Assembly: GCF_018977255.1 (NCBI RefSeq)
Contig: NW_024704742.1
Span: 96,908,001 to 96,972,000 of the forward strand
From: Callorhinchus milii
Lineage: Eukaryota
Length of the DNA: 64,000 nucleotides
Reading direction: 5' to 3'
Of the stretch, positions 27,181 through 40,149 are shown one piece after another (position 1 is the first letter of the stretch; the number at the start of each line of letters is the position of its first letter). The notes below the pieces were generated by a model. The model was not told the DNA's origin. It worked only from the letters and a program-made list of their open reading frames with translations, and did no database searches. The position numbers and the translations under genes are program-made.

Positions 27181-27855
27181 CCATCATTAAAACTGGAAAT
27201 AGTGCTTTGTCTTTTAGCATCTATATTTTGCAGTGAAAATAATTTTTTAGATGACGATGGCTTCATTTAGAAGGGTAGTCCAATTTGTGGCTTTTTTATT
27301 CATGAATTAATTTTATCACTTGCCTGTATTACTGCCTCTCCTTTGCAGCCTGGCGATCACCAATGAAAGGCCAGTTCCTCCTCTGGAATTCACATACATA
27401 CACTCATTTGTCAAGAGCATAATCATAAATATTGTTCCCCCGTGCTTCATTTTGGATTACTTGAATACCTTTGACACTGATTTTAATCATACTTAAATAA
27501 TGTAGTGAAATAGTTTTATGTTAACTTTGGATTATCAAGCAACTGCCCAAACAGTACTGAAGACAGTATTGATGTATAGTTGAAAAGTGAAAACTATTAA
27601 GCTCTCAGTGAACACCATTTTGTACAAGAAATTTTTGCTGTCTGTCATTCAGTAGCTTGGAGCAGTCTTAAACATTTGGAAAATAGTGACAGCATTTGCT
27701 TTCATGCAAATGTAGTTTATCAGTAATTTGCTTTAACCTGTATGCCATCCAATTTTATTTAATCCCGATTTTCCTGCCCTTTAATTCCCAGGAAGAGTTT
27801 GCTAAGAATGATCCCGATTGTTGACATTTCTTTGATTTGGTTTGTGTGTTCTCAG

Positions 27856-28040
27856 GCACAGGAGAAAGTGGTAAGAGCACTTTCATCAAACAGATGCGAA
27901 TTATCCATGGGTCGGGCTACACTGATGAGGACAAACGTGGCTTCACAAAGCTGGTCTATCAGAACATCTTCACTGCTGTGCAAGCCATGATTAGAGCGAT
28001 GGATACTCTCAAAATACAGTACAAGTATGACTACAATAAG
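27856..28040 (+). CDS. GNAQ: Internal coding exon (exon 2) of a Gq-class heterotrimeric G-protein alpha subunit; P-loop and start of the helical domain
   Basis: Translates (G)[61 protein letters not shown]. Acceptor gtgttctcAG at 27854-27855, donor AAG|GTAAGC at 28041. Length 185 bp with phase 1 start and phase 0 end matches exon 2 of GNAQ/GNA11/GNA14. HGSGY.DEDKR, MDTLK and YKY favour GNAQ. The exon call is near certain; the paralog call is about 0.7. Confidence 0.93.
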
Positions 28041-28559
28041 GTAAGCCACTTTTACAGCTAGTTTTTACAGTTCTTTCTACTATTATTAGTTTGAGTAATC
28101 CAATAAAATTTCAACCAGTACCAGATTGAAATCTGCAGTAGACATTCTAAATTAATTGCCCTGTTTGATCTAATGCCGCCTGCAACAATTAATAAAAATT
28201 GAACTAGGCTCCATATTTCACTGCCATTGAAATGCTTACAGTGGCTGTCAACCCAATAACCATGTTTATTCTCACATAGTTATATCACTGAAATGTGACA
28301 GTTGAGCTACATGATGTTATTTTGTTTTGTGAATGGAAAAGAGCAGTTTTTGACTTTTCGTAATTCATTCTAATCTGAAACTGTTAGTTCAGATTGGCTT
28401 AAATGTTGATCTGAACCTATCTGAGCCCACAAAATAGGATAAATGTAGCTCTTCTCCAGAGAAGTTAAACTTGATGCCCCACCTGCCTGCCTGTGAAGGA
28501 GAACATTAAAAGATCTTATGGAAAATAGAAAGGAATATCACCTGTTTTCCTGGACAACA

Positions 28560-28890
28560 ACTATCCCCCAAACAGAATTGGTTACTCACTTCATCGATGT
28601 TTGTAGGATATTGCTGTGCACAAATTGGCTGCTATGTTCACTTATAAATACAGTCATTATATTTTACAGTAAAATCCTGTGCTTTACGATATCACGGCAA
28701 CATAAAACACTATATCAAATGAAAGGATAATTATGAAAGATTTTGTTCAATTTATGCTATTTCTGGACATTGCTGTATGGAAATTCGCCTACAAAATACA
28801 GTGTCACAAAACTTTACAATAAAATTCCTGTAAAGTGCTTTGAGATGTCCTCCCGACATGAAAGCTGATTAATATCAGATGAATGGATTA
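28560..28890 (+). mobile_element. Two tandem SINE 3' fragments
   Basis: Two successive ...ggacattgctgt...aaatacagt...ctttacag...tatcaaatg/gagatgtcctcccgac modules. Confidence 0.65.
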
Positions 28891-29339
28891 TTTTATTTTA
28901 ACTTATGTCACCGGATTAGGACATGATGAGATTCCCTCATCAACGCAGTATCACAATTTGTAAAATCAACAACATATCAGTAAAATAAATCTCTTTGAGT
29001 CCTATCTTTTTTGATGGAAATGGTTCAGTGCTTTGAGACATCCTCCCGACATGCAAGGCGCTCTATAAATGTAATTTTGTTGTTGTGTTGTTGAGTGGGT
29101 TCTTTAAATCAAGCCAACTCTCTTTGGACATGCCTTTAAGGCAGAGTTTAAATAAACTTGCATTCAAATTTATATCTAATTTGCATTTTGTTGAAGCAAT
29201 AATATAGTGACGGAGATTTTATTCATAAAATGGTTTGGGCAGGAAGGAGACCAAGAAATGTACAGAGATATGGAGGCAATGTCTAGCACATTCATATTAG
29301 TTAGTCTATGTATTTTATTCCGCCTCCATCTGTACCTCA

Positions 29340-29920
29340 TGTATTTTGCCCGCCTTTGTCTGTACCTCACAACCAAGCAGTTGAAACCCTCGTACACGCC
29401 TTTGTCACTTCCCAACTGGGCTATTTGCATACCCTCCTTGCTGGTCTCCCCAGCTCCACCATACACAAATTCAATTTATCCAATACTCACCCGCATAAAA
29501 CTCTGTACTCCCATCAGATCAATCCTTGCCAGGCTCCACTGGCTCCCAGTTACTGAACAAATCGATTTAAAAATCCTCTCACTCAATTTCAAATCCCTTC
29601 ATGCACCTCCCTACCTATCCAATCTGCTTACACCCTACTCCACCACCTGCTGCCTCCGTTCGTCTGGCTCCAGTCTCCTGTTTGTCCTTGTCCCCTCCCT
29701 CCACCATTGGTGGCCGTGCCTTCAGCTACTATGCCCCAAAACACTGGAACTCTCTCAGTCAATACCTCCACCTTGCCCCTTCCCAACCCACCTTCAAATC
29801 CCGCCTAAAGACCTTTTTGATCGTGCTTACAGTCATCTCCCCTCTCCCTCTGGCTTGGTGTCAAATGCTCCGGGACGCTATCCCGCGTGAAGGGCTCTAT
29901 ATAAATGCATATTGTTGTCG
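29340..29920 (+). mobile_element. L2 LINE 3' fragment
   Basis: ETLVHAFVTSQL, LARLHWLPV..QIDLKIL, IGGRAFSYYAPKHWNSL; tail ctctatataaatgca-(ttg)n. Confidence 0.9.
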
Positions 29921-32900
29921 TTGTTTATTCATCCTTGTTTGCAACTGATTTTTGTTGCTTTGGTATATTAAACTAGTAATTGTGTGACTTAAAGGAAACG
30001 ACTAAAATCCTGTTAATTTCAGTTGAGTGTTTGCTGCATTAATATCATACAACTTTGCCATTTTTATTGTAGACTGCGGAACCTAGTTTTGTGATCTCCT
30101 GGGTTGAACCAATGCTCATTAAAAATGTGGATGGAGATTAATGGGACAATATTGTAAAAAGAAGCCTTGCTGTTATTTTTTTGCAGATGAATTCAGGCAC
30201 TTTTGGCCAGTTTCCATATGATCCTATGTTGTTGGGCTGAGTTGTGCAGAGTTGTTAGGAATTTCTTTTGGTGAGAATGCAAATGTCTGTGTGTAAACAT
30301 AAGGTCAATGCAAGGGAAACTGAAATGCAGCAGAATTGGGAATCGGACAAGAAATAGACATGTTTTAAATGGTTTCAAATTTCTGATCTGGACCAAGCAA
30401 CAAGGGACAGCAGTTTTTATCTGTTCGGGAAAATGGTTATTATTGGAACCACATTGTTTTTTGGGCGTATATTTCCACAAGTATATTTTTTCTCGTGTTG
30501 CCAATGTTCCTCATTCAACCAAATTCACAAAAAAAGGGGTCATTTCTTCTGCTTGTTGTTTGTAAGACATTGCTGGCAAATATTAACTGCTGCTTTTACC
30601 TATTTTACATTCACTACATTTCCAAATGTTTTGAAATGCTGCAATGTGATAACACATTATTTCAAATGTTTTCAATTTTTTATTGAGTGTAAAATGATAC
30701 TTCAAGTTTGATTTTGTTTTACATATTATCCTTAACAGTCATCCTTAAATGTACTTTGCTTTGCACATATTGCCTTTTGAATAGCTCCTGAGTGGGAGGA
30801 AGATTGAACTGTACAGTTTTTAAGTGAAACTGTCGTTCTTTAGCTCGCATATCGTTGTTCAATGTATGTACTTTTCATGTGGTGAATATCAAAGCAGAAT
30901 TATAAAAATATGCAAAGCTACATGATACGCTTGTTTTGTAAAGGAGCTGTTTGATACGCATTTGTCCCAGTTCAGTTTTTTTAAACTAAAAGATACTGTC
31001 GAAATGATTACATTTAGGGTTTCCCAGCAACAGGATTTATTTGTTCCACCAACTTAGCAATCTTTTAAAACAAAAGCTTTGTGTTTGGAAAATGAAAAAG
31101 TTGAGGTATGCAAGTTTGTTTATGCTGTGAATCTTGTACTGGATATAAGTGTACTGTGTTGGTACATCTGACGAGACCAACAGTATGAGAAAGGCAGGCT
31201 GTCAGATAAGAGTATTGGTAAAATGTAGTGTTATTTGGGTCTCTTGTTTTGCAGTTTGGAGGGCCTTGAGTACTGTGTGTCGTGGATGGTTGTTACAGAA
31301 GTCTAGTAATCAATTTGAAATGTGCTGCAGTAACTTCTCTGCCCACCCTCATCCCAACCCCGTGCCCCCACGCTCGGGTTCTGATCCCTGACTATTCAGA
31401 GCCTTAGGATGTCCTCCCGACGTGAAAGGTGCTTTACAAATACACTTTTGTTGTTGTTCTGTGTTAAAGGGATTCCTGAATGATTTTTTTTAAAAGTGTG
31501 GTCTGTATGGCTCCTCATCCATGGAAGGTGACTTAGTCTCACTTGAGCAGCTTCAGAAATGTAGCTACTTTCTCAGCACAATCCGCTATGTGTTCAATCC
31601 TACACCAATGCCGAAATGGGGATAAATAACAGGAAATCCCTTGTGAAGAGCTGCTGTCAATAAGCAAATGAGAGGAGTTTTCTGTTTGACCAAATTAGAG
31701 AAACCTACCAGACAGCACAAATGGGTCATTCTTCACAGTGTAAAAAGTTGAAGGGAAAAGGTACAAAGTTCTATTAAACATTTTCCAAAGCTCCCCGATA
31801 CCTGTTTTTTTCCTCAAGCCTAAATTTGACTTGTTCAAGAAGCAAAACTTTTACTCAAACATTAACCAAAATCAGAAGACTAAGATCCCTGATCATATGC
31901 AGATGAGGAGTTGCTGCTGGGTAGGGAGGAACCAGAACTTGTTAATATTTATACGACACATGTATCTACAGGTTACACTGGAATAGCTTCCATCTCCAGC
32001 TCGCCACTGCTGGAACTCCTACTTTATTCGTCAAAATGTACTAGTCTGTCAGACCTGCAATGTTTCAAACTTTCATGAAGCACTTGCTCTCAATGTATGG
32101 TGTATTATTTAATCCATTTATTGCTTAAATGGATTTTTCCCCCTTTGCTGAGCATGTAACCATGCAGCGCCTTGGGACGTCCTCCCAACGTGAAAGGCGC
32201 TCTATAAATGTAATTTTGTTGTTGTTGTTATCAATCTCCAGCCTCCTGGTTCATAAACATTGATTTGTGTGACTGAAATTCCCAAACATCAGTCTGTTCT
32301 CATTTAAAATGTACACCAAACTAGTTATAGAATTTGCTTTCTGTAAGAGCAACTTGCATTTCTATTAGTGCCTGTCAGGTAGGATGTCAGACTCAGAGCA
32401 TTTAACATATATAATAGAGAGCACAGAGCAGGAAAATAGGAGCTTTAAGGATGTTGATAAAAAGCAGAGTCAACGAGAGATGATTTTAGGATGGTTTTGA
32501 AGGTAGGAAGAGAGGAAGCAAGGCAAGGAGATTTGTAAAACAACAAATCACCTTCCTATTTTTAAAAAAACATTTATACCAAATACATTAATGTAAAAAA
32601 GTAGCATTTTTCATTATACCATTTACAACCAAATTCCAAAGATTTTTCTTTTTGATCAGCCAGGTGTCTAACATATGTGGAAACCACCACCCCCCCACCA
32701 TGCTTAAGACTATCGAGACTAGACTGAGATCCACATATGTATGCCAGTTACTCATACAACACCAACTACTTGCATTTAAGTAGTGCCCTTCACGCACAGG
32801 ACTTTCTCTAAGAATCTTCCTGTTTTATGTGAGTGTGAGTGAACCATTGGACAGATGGTACTGCAGAAAGTATTGGCTAGTTTGACTAATGATAGGCATG

Positions 32901-32959
32901 TTTTCGTTTTCTGGCCACTTTTATATTGGCAGAGGAGTGAAGCCAAAGAATTCCATTCA

Positions 32960-33570
32960 CGTGTCTCACTTTTCTCAACTGAGTATGGATAAGACAGAAG
33001 CCATCCTCCTCAGTTCCTGCCAGTATCTCTATTTTTCTGGTCTTGACCCTCTCTCAAAATCCTCAGTTGAAACTCTCATTCATGCTTTCATCACATCCTG
33101 CTTAGACTCTTCCAACACACTCCTTACTTGTGTCCCTAGCTCCATCATTTACAAGCTGCAGTTTCCAAAACTTCACTGCCTGCATCATTCTCCACACCAA
33201 ACTCAACACATTCATTATCCCAGTCCTTGCAAGTCTTCATTGACTCCCAGTGAATTGATTTCACAGGTACCTTCTTATCTCTGATCTTCTACCCTACTCC
33301 ACCGCTCTCCACACCTTCTGCTCAGCTAACTCGGGATTGCTGCATGATCCCTACCCTCTCCACGCCACCATCGGTAGCTCCTACACCTCTAACCTCTGAA
33401 ACTCCTTCTCTCTACCATTCTATCTTGCCCTTCTGTTTTTGTCTCCAAATTCTATCTTTTTGAGAAGGGGCTGGTGCCTATGGACACTATCCCCCTCTCC
33501 CTTGCTCAGTGTTCAATCCCATCTCTGTAAAGTGTTCTTGAGATGTTATCGAACATGAGAGACACATTTT
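32960..33570 (+). mobile_element. Degenerate L2 LINE fragment
   Basis: QLSMDKTEAILL and ETLIHAFITSCLD..N.LL in ORF 32889-33284. Confidence 0.8.
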
Positions 33571-35718
33571 AAATAAAACCTTTAGGGAAAAAACGTAAAA
33601 TATGGTAACAAACAAGTGTCTTTAATGGTGCTTGGAGAATTCACAGTGCTGGCATAGAAAATGTTCTTTAAAGTTTAGGATTAAAACTGGGTTTTGGATA
33701 CCCCTTTTGTTCTGTGCATACTGAAACATTTTCAATTTGGTTTCACTGAACAATTGGCTAATGTGTTCATTGCTGCCTCAGCTGGTTATGATCTCATAGG
33801 TCACTAAAAGGACAAGTACAATAATTGTGAAATTATATTTTCTACCATCTCCGCACCAGTTTCAGTTTAGAGTGGGAGGTTGTGTGAGGCTGTCTTCAAC
33901 GCTGATCGGGTGGTGCATGTGGATTCTTCAGCTAATAAATGCTAAGAGCCATAGCAGTACACTTGATTTAATAGTGGGAGGTGGAGAGCTATATTTACCT
34001 CACAACCTCAAATTCTGTTTATTTTCTTTTGATCCATAGGCCAGTGTGATTGACATTTGCTCTAATTATTTTCTGTTGGTGGTTTATTCTCCAGGTGAAA
34101 CTGAACCATCAATCAATTCAGAATAGACTCCCCTCTTCATTTACCGGAACAGCATTAAATGTTGGTTCAATAAATTAATGGCATAATAGCAAACTGCAGT
34201 TCTGGAGTCGAGGTTCAATTGCAACAGTGGGGTTGAAAAAGCAATTGAACAGGAAATCTGCAGAGTAAATGGCATGAGCATCACAAAAAGCACTTGGAGC
34301 TGAAAACCATGTTACAACACTTTGTGCTGACCTGCTCTGAGAATTCTCCTTTGAGGTACTCTCAGGCCATCTCAGTACTTTACATTCTGAGGTTCTTTCT
34401 TTGATACTCATGCCATTTACACTGCAGTTTTATTAATTGAATGTTTTTTTTCAACATTTAGACCACTAAATTGACCCATAGCACGTGATGGTAAGTGACA
34501 TAAATGGGGGGGAAGGAGAGTAAAAATAGCTGTACAGGAAAAAAATGCTTCAGTTTCAATAAGAATTTTTTTTCTGTTAAAAAATAGTTACTTTTTTTCC
34601 ATTTATGAATTGGATAAACCTGTTTATCCAAATCATAAATGGATTTGAAGATAAAAAGGCTTTGGTCTTGTACTCTTAAGCTTATAGTAAATAGTTGTAT
34701 TGTGGTCTGACACAAATTTCTTGAAATAAATGACAATCTTATGATTAATATTTTACAATAATAATATGAACACGTAAGGCAAAGATGCTATTATCTGCGG
34801 ATAATTGACTGCATTTACGTAGACTGAAACATGTGGTGCTTTGTTGCTCTTGTCCCATTTTCTCCTTTCATGGTCTCACATGCCTCACACCTCCTGTGGC
34901 TGAAATAATGGGAAAGACTGATTGCTTCTGAGCTGCTGCCAGTGCTACACTTGGCTGTGTAGTGGGAAGAACACCTGGAGTAGTTTAGCAGACCTACACC
35001 ATCTGATCTTTTTCTTTGCATATTTGCCCATTCAGATTGCAATTGGCTCTTTAGTTAACTGCAGTCTCTGGTTTGTCACACACCAACCAAGAGGGGGAAG
35101 ATTAGTGTCTTTCTTCCAGGCCCAGCCAATATTGCACAGAACTGATTACAAAGACTTCTGTGAGAGTATCCCTAAGAATACACTTCTCCATTTTCAGAAT
35201 GAGTGCAGATGTCATTGTTAGCGGCTTCAACATATCAGTGTGTTATCCTTTGTTGTATGCTAAATATTTCTGAATGTTGCCTTTAAAAGATATGTAGAAT
35301 CATAGAATTATGCAGTATTAATTCATTAAACATGCCCATTTGCAATGTACAAAAATATTCCATAATTAATAATTGAAGATCATATTGATAAAATAGAATC
35401 TGAAACCAGGTTTGTGGTCACATCCAAAGATTTTAGTAGCTGCTAGAGAAACTCCTACTTTTACACTTGTTTTTGTTTTATTTCTGGCAATAGTCATTCC
35501 AGTTTTACCTTCTCCACATACCCAGTTTTATAATCTTGGACAAGCAATGGCATTTGGATTAGTGTCATAATGTTACAATCTTCATAACTGATGTCAACTG
35601 CTGACTAACTGCGATTATGAGATTAACCATGTGTGTAGTGTATGAGAAAGTAACAGATCATCTACCTGTTGGAACGGATCGGAACATTTTAGACCTTGCA
35701 ATTTAGAATTTCATAACT

Positions 35719-36616
35719 GGAAAACTGCATTGCCAGTTGCATTTGTATCATGCTGTTGTTAGTGAGGTCCAACTGCTGGCCATTGAAAACACATTTGTAT
35801 TTGGCATGCTGAATTCCTATCTGGAATGTGTCCCTTTACCACCCTTAATCACGCTAAATGATGTCCCAATTGTACGTCAGACTGAATTGGTGAAGTAAAG
35901 TCATCATGGCATTAATACTAAACAGCCATTGTCTTTTTACATGAACTGCACCAAATCATTATGAACAAAAGGATATTTGCCACCTTGATCTCATTTTTCA
36001 CTAGAAAGATTCTTCAGCCATATGTCTCCAGCTTCCACTCAGTGGTCCGTCTATTGAAAGGCAACAACTCTTCATTCAGAATTTTTTGTTTACTTACTTT
36101 ATGAACAGGCTGTATGCAACATCAAATAAAAAATGTATGCCTACTTGTATTCAAATCAAAAACATTGCTAATATAACCAGTAAAATAGATTCATCCTGTT
36201 GTAGATTTATTTGATTCTGTGGAGTATCATCTAATCTAATCTTCAATACCTTGTGAATTTGTAGTTCAAGCTGAACTCTATTCCAATCAATGTGGCAGGA
36301 ATTTCAATCAGCTATTAGCTCTTCTATTAGTTTTGCTAATGTAGTGTTTTGGAAAACTGCATTGCTGGCTGCATTTGTATCATCTCAATGTCAGTGAGAT
36401 CCAAATACTGGCCATTGAAACCACATTTGTATTTGGCATGCTGAATTCCTATCTGGAATGTGTCCCTTTACAACCCTTTAATCACACTAAATTATGTCCC
36501 AATCGTACATCAGACTGATTTGGTGAAGCAAAGACATCATTGCATTAACACTAAGCAGCCATTACCTTTTTACTTGAGTCAAATCATTGTGAACTACTAA
36601 ATGGATATTTGCCACC
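35719..36616 (+). repeat. Direct duplication of ~265 bp (35719-35984 and 36351-36616)
   Basis: Both copies run ggaaaactgcattg...cacatttgtatttggcatgctgaattcctatctggaatgtgtcccttta...ggatatttgccacc. Confidence 0.93.
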
Positions 36617-37561
36617 AACTGACCAAGATCCAAAGACAATCCTGTCTCCAAGCAGTAGATTAGTAAATGGTAATAATGTGTCAATGCTACTGACGCCAGA
36701 AAACCTTCAAGCAAAGTTGAGGCTTATCTGTGGCATCTGTTGCTGCTAATTCTTAGACATTCACATCTGTGTGCAATAGGCTGACGCGTTTCGCCCAGAA
36801 AATATACAGTCACTACACTTTACAATATATTCTGCAAAGCGCTTTGAGATGTCTCAATGACGTGATAAGGTGCTGTATCAAATGCAAGGATTATTATTAT
36901 TTTTATCATCACGAGGCTGAACCCAAGTGGAATTTATCTGCAAAACAACTAAATGAACAAATCCAAATATTTTCACCAACCATTATTGCCTGGACTTGAC
37001 AAGTTCAAATTAGGTCATTTGGTAGAACAGAAATTCCTTCCAAATTTTAGATTAATCCTTTGAATCAATCCACATACAAGGATATACTTCCACCCTTCCA
37101 GTCTTCTTGGTGCTTGAAAGAGGGCAGGCATGATTAATTTACTTCTTGTTTTTCTTTGAGGGTTTCAGGAATTTTTTATATTATTAAAAAAAAGCCAGGG
37201 CTACTCTTATTCTGTATAAGCCACCAGAACAGAGTAGCTTGTGGGTAATATTTAATCTCTGATTAAATGGAAACATGAAAGGTTATTTTATCATCGTTAT
37301 TTTTCCCTGATAAAAAAGTATTTACCGGTGTTGGAGTGCCAGCAGGCGGTGCGAAAGGTTGCGTCATTTCAAGAATGTAGATGACCCTACAAGTACCTTA
37401 TGTAACTGTTCAAGGTGCTCTCTGGCAGAAATATTGTGTATATAGTACAGAGAATGTTTTTTAAAAAGTGTTATCATTTAGAAGAGGTAGTTTGGAATTG
37501 AAAAAGACCTGTACATGTGACTGACAGAATGCAAAAATCCTATCTCACTCTGCACTATGTA

Positions 37562-37847
37562 CAGTCCTGTAGCTCAGTGGTTAGAGCACTCGCTTTGCAA
37601 GCGAGAGACCTGAGTTCAATTCCAGGCAGGGCGAAACCTTGGGCAAGTTTCCTTACTCCACAAGCCTAATAATAATCCCTCCAAAACTAAAAACAATAAT
37701 AAATTGGTCATTTTCAATCTATGACTTTTTGTGGGACATTGCTGTTCGCCCACAAATATACAATCAATTCACTTTACAGTGTGTTCTGTGAAGCACTTTG
37801 GGACGTCCTCCCGACGTGAAAAGCACTTTATCAAATGGAAAGATTAT
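37562..37847 (+). mobile_element. Young tRNA-Ala-derived SINE (short form)
   Basis: gtcctgtagctcagtggttagagcactcgctttgcaagcgag...gagttcaattcc head, shared 3' module, candidate TSD tatgta (37556-37561 and 37845-37850). Confidence 0.93.
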
Positions 37848-39184
37848 GTATCTATCTATCTGTCTGTCTGTCTGTAATAGCTGCAGAATTCCCATTGATA
37901 GTCAACCGATAATGTTTGATACTTTGGTTTTATTTGGGGGATGTTGTCGATGTAATTTCACCCCCCCCCCCCCCCAACAACCACTGACAAGTAAAACTGT
38001 GAATGCTGCAGGAGAAGATGCATAATTTCTATTCGGTGCAACTAAAAATGATATCTAGAGCTGTGTGTGGGAGTTGCTGCCGTAGTCATGGTTTCAGGCA
38101 TAATGTGGGAGCTGCTGAAATTCTCTTTGCTCTGGGATAAGTAGTACATGCTATTTGCTGAACCATGCATTGTTAATTGTACTGAAGGTTTCAACAATGT
38201 TTTTTGTCCTATTCTGGCATTATGTTTTTGAGGAATTAGAACAATGCAGTTGGTAAGGCTGAAAAATTGTAATTAGAAATGAAATTGTAGTTGTCATAGT
38301 ATCGTTTACCCAACACATGTAATCTATAAATCTGTGGCTAACCCAGATTTATAGATTACCCAGTTCATTTCGAATAAAATACAACATAACCATCTGTGAG
38401 GAACAAAATCTCAGAGAAACAAGTTAACGTGTAAATACTTGTAGTATTGTTTGGGGAATGTGGGGGTGCTACCCATTTGTCTGCTGCAATTTTTCTCATC
38501 TGCTGACTTGCAAATTAGCTCCTTCTGGCTGGATCTGCTCCATCTGCAATAGCGAGGACATCAGAGAAATCAATTCAGTTGAAATAAAATACGGGGGAAA
38601 AGCACCATTTCCTAAAATGTAAGGTTGGATTACCACTAGACCACAGGATGTTGCATTCATGGGAAAGATTTTTCACTGAGTAGAAGAGAAACTGAGCTGC
38701 ATAGCCTCTGTGTTGGGTAAACATCAGGACAGTAACTGATATTTTTCATTGTGAGTTGGAGCAACATCAGGTATGATAGTCAATTCAAGTTGTATGCAAA
38801 TGCTTTTTCCTGCGCTGCCAAAGATTATTGTAGGTGGTTCTAGATGCATTCTTGTCAGACGTTAATCTAAAAATTGTCTTCAATTTAAGATGTGTATTGG
38901 GGGATTGCCCTTTTTATGGAAAAACTAAACTTCTGACCATTGTTTTTCCTCAAAAAAAATTCTGACTGAGCTACATAATCTTCAGCATATTTGAATAATT
39001 TAGACTATTTGGTATTTCTGTCAAGAGGATGTGTGGTTCTAATTGTAATATGTGGGTCACGCAGACAGGTTTAATTTAACTAGGTGCATGTTTTGGAAAG
39101 ACCCATCAATCAATTTCTATTGATTCAATTGGTCCGACAAGGAGTATGCTGAAGTGGATTTAAGTACACTTCTTGCGAATTCCA

Positions 39185-39900
39185 ATCAAGATGCTTCCTA
39201 TTACAAATACAATACAGATTTATATTTATATAGCATCTTTCACATCAGGAGGATGTCCCAAGGTGCTTAATGATACTGGCTTGGCACCTGAGCTGGGGGT
39301 GGGAGCTGAGGGGGTGGAGGCAGGAATAGGGAGCAGTCAAAAAGGTTTCTCTTGAACGAAGATGGACCTTGAACAAAGTGATGGGGGGAACGAGTCAAAA
39401 GGATTCTGGGATGGAGTTCCACAAAGCAGGAACAAAAAGGGTGAAAGCCCACCTGCCAATTGGGGTATATAGGGTGGGGACATTAAGCAGGCCAGTGGTT
39501 GCTGAGTGAAGGGCTGGCTGGGTCAGTTGAGCAAGAATGTGGAGGGATTTAAATATGAGAATGAAGATCTTAAACTTGATTCACTGGGGATGAGGACCCA
39601 ATGGAACTGGCTAAGGATAGGGATGGCAGTTATGTGGAGCCTGGTGAGGGAAAGGACATGGACTGCAGGGTTTTGGATCATCTGCAGCTTATATAGGAAA
39701 TAGCTGAGTAACTTGGCAATTGATGTAGTTAAGCTTGGTCATGATAAATCCATAGATGAGGGTCTCAACGACCCGAGGAGAGAACTTGTGGTGGAGGTGG
39801 GCAATATTTCGGAGATAGGACAAACCTGAACGAGTCAGAGCATGAATATGGGTTTAAAGGACAGTTGGAGTCAAACCAGATACCAAAGTTCCACGCAGGT
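39185..39900 (-). mobile_element. Degenerate L2 LINE 3' fragment
   Basis: Tail tttatatagcatctttcacatcaggaggatgtcccaagg, then gggatggagttcc...ttttggatcatctgcagctt. Confidence 0.75.
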
Positions 39901-40149
39901 TCCGCGAAGTGGAGTGTGAAAGCTCCATGCAGATTGATGTTGTTGGCGCCTAAGAAGACAAAACAGTACAGAAGATGATTGAGGAGAACATATAAACATT
40001 AAGCCCTTCTCAATACACTTCAGTTTATTATTAATAATAATTATTAATAATTAACAACTATAAAATCCGTGCTTTTGGTATAGCATTTTATCATAATGCT
40101 GAATTTTTAAAAAATCATTTATTGTAAATTGTAGTGACTCTATATGTTT

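Noticed and set aside
27769..27791. Alternative acceptor ttttcctgccctttaattcccAG upstream of the exon, and an internal G|GTAAGA at 27871
   Set aside because: Use of either would frameshift (64 nt added, or 170 nt removed). Such motifs are common and there is no transcript evidence.
27837..28061. 74-aa single-exon ORF as annotated in the track
   Set aside because: The termini MVCVFS and VSHFYS are intronic read-through; real boundaries are the AG at 27855 and GT at 28041.
37563..37633. Bona fide tRNA-Ala genes here and at 55298, 56019 and 60860
   Set aside because: Each continues into a SINE body and tail, some with TSDs, and lacks an oligo-T terminator directly after the cloverleaf.
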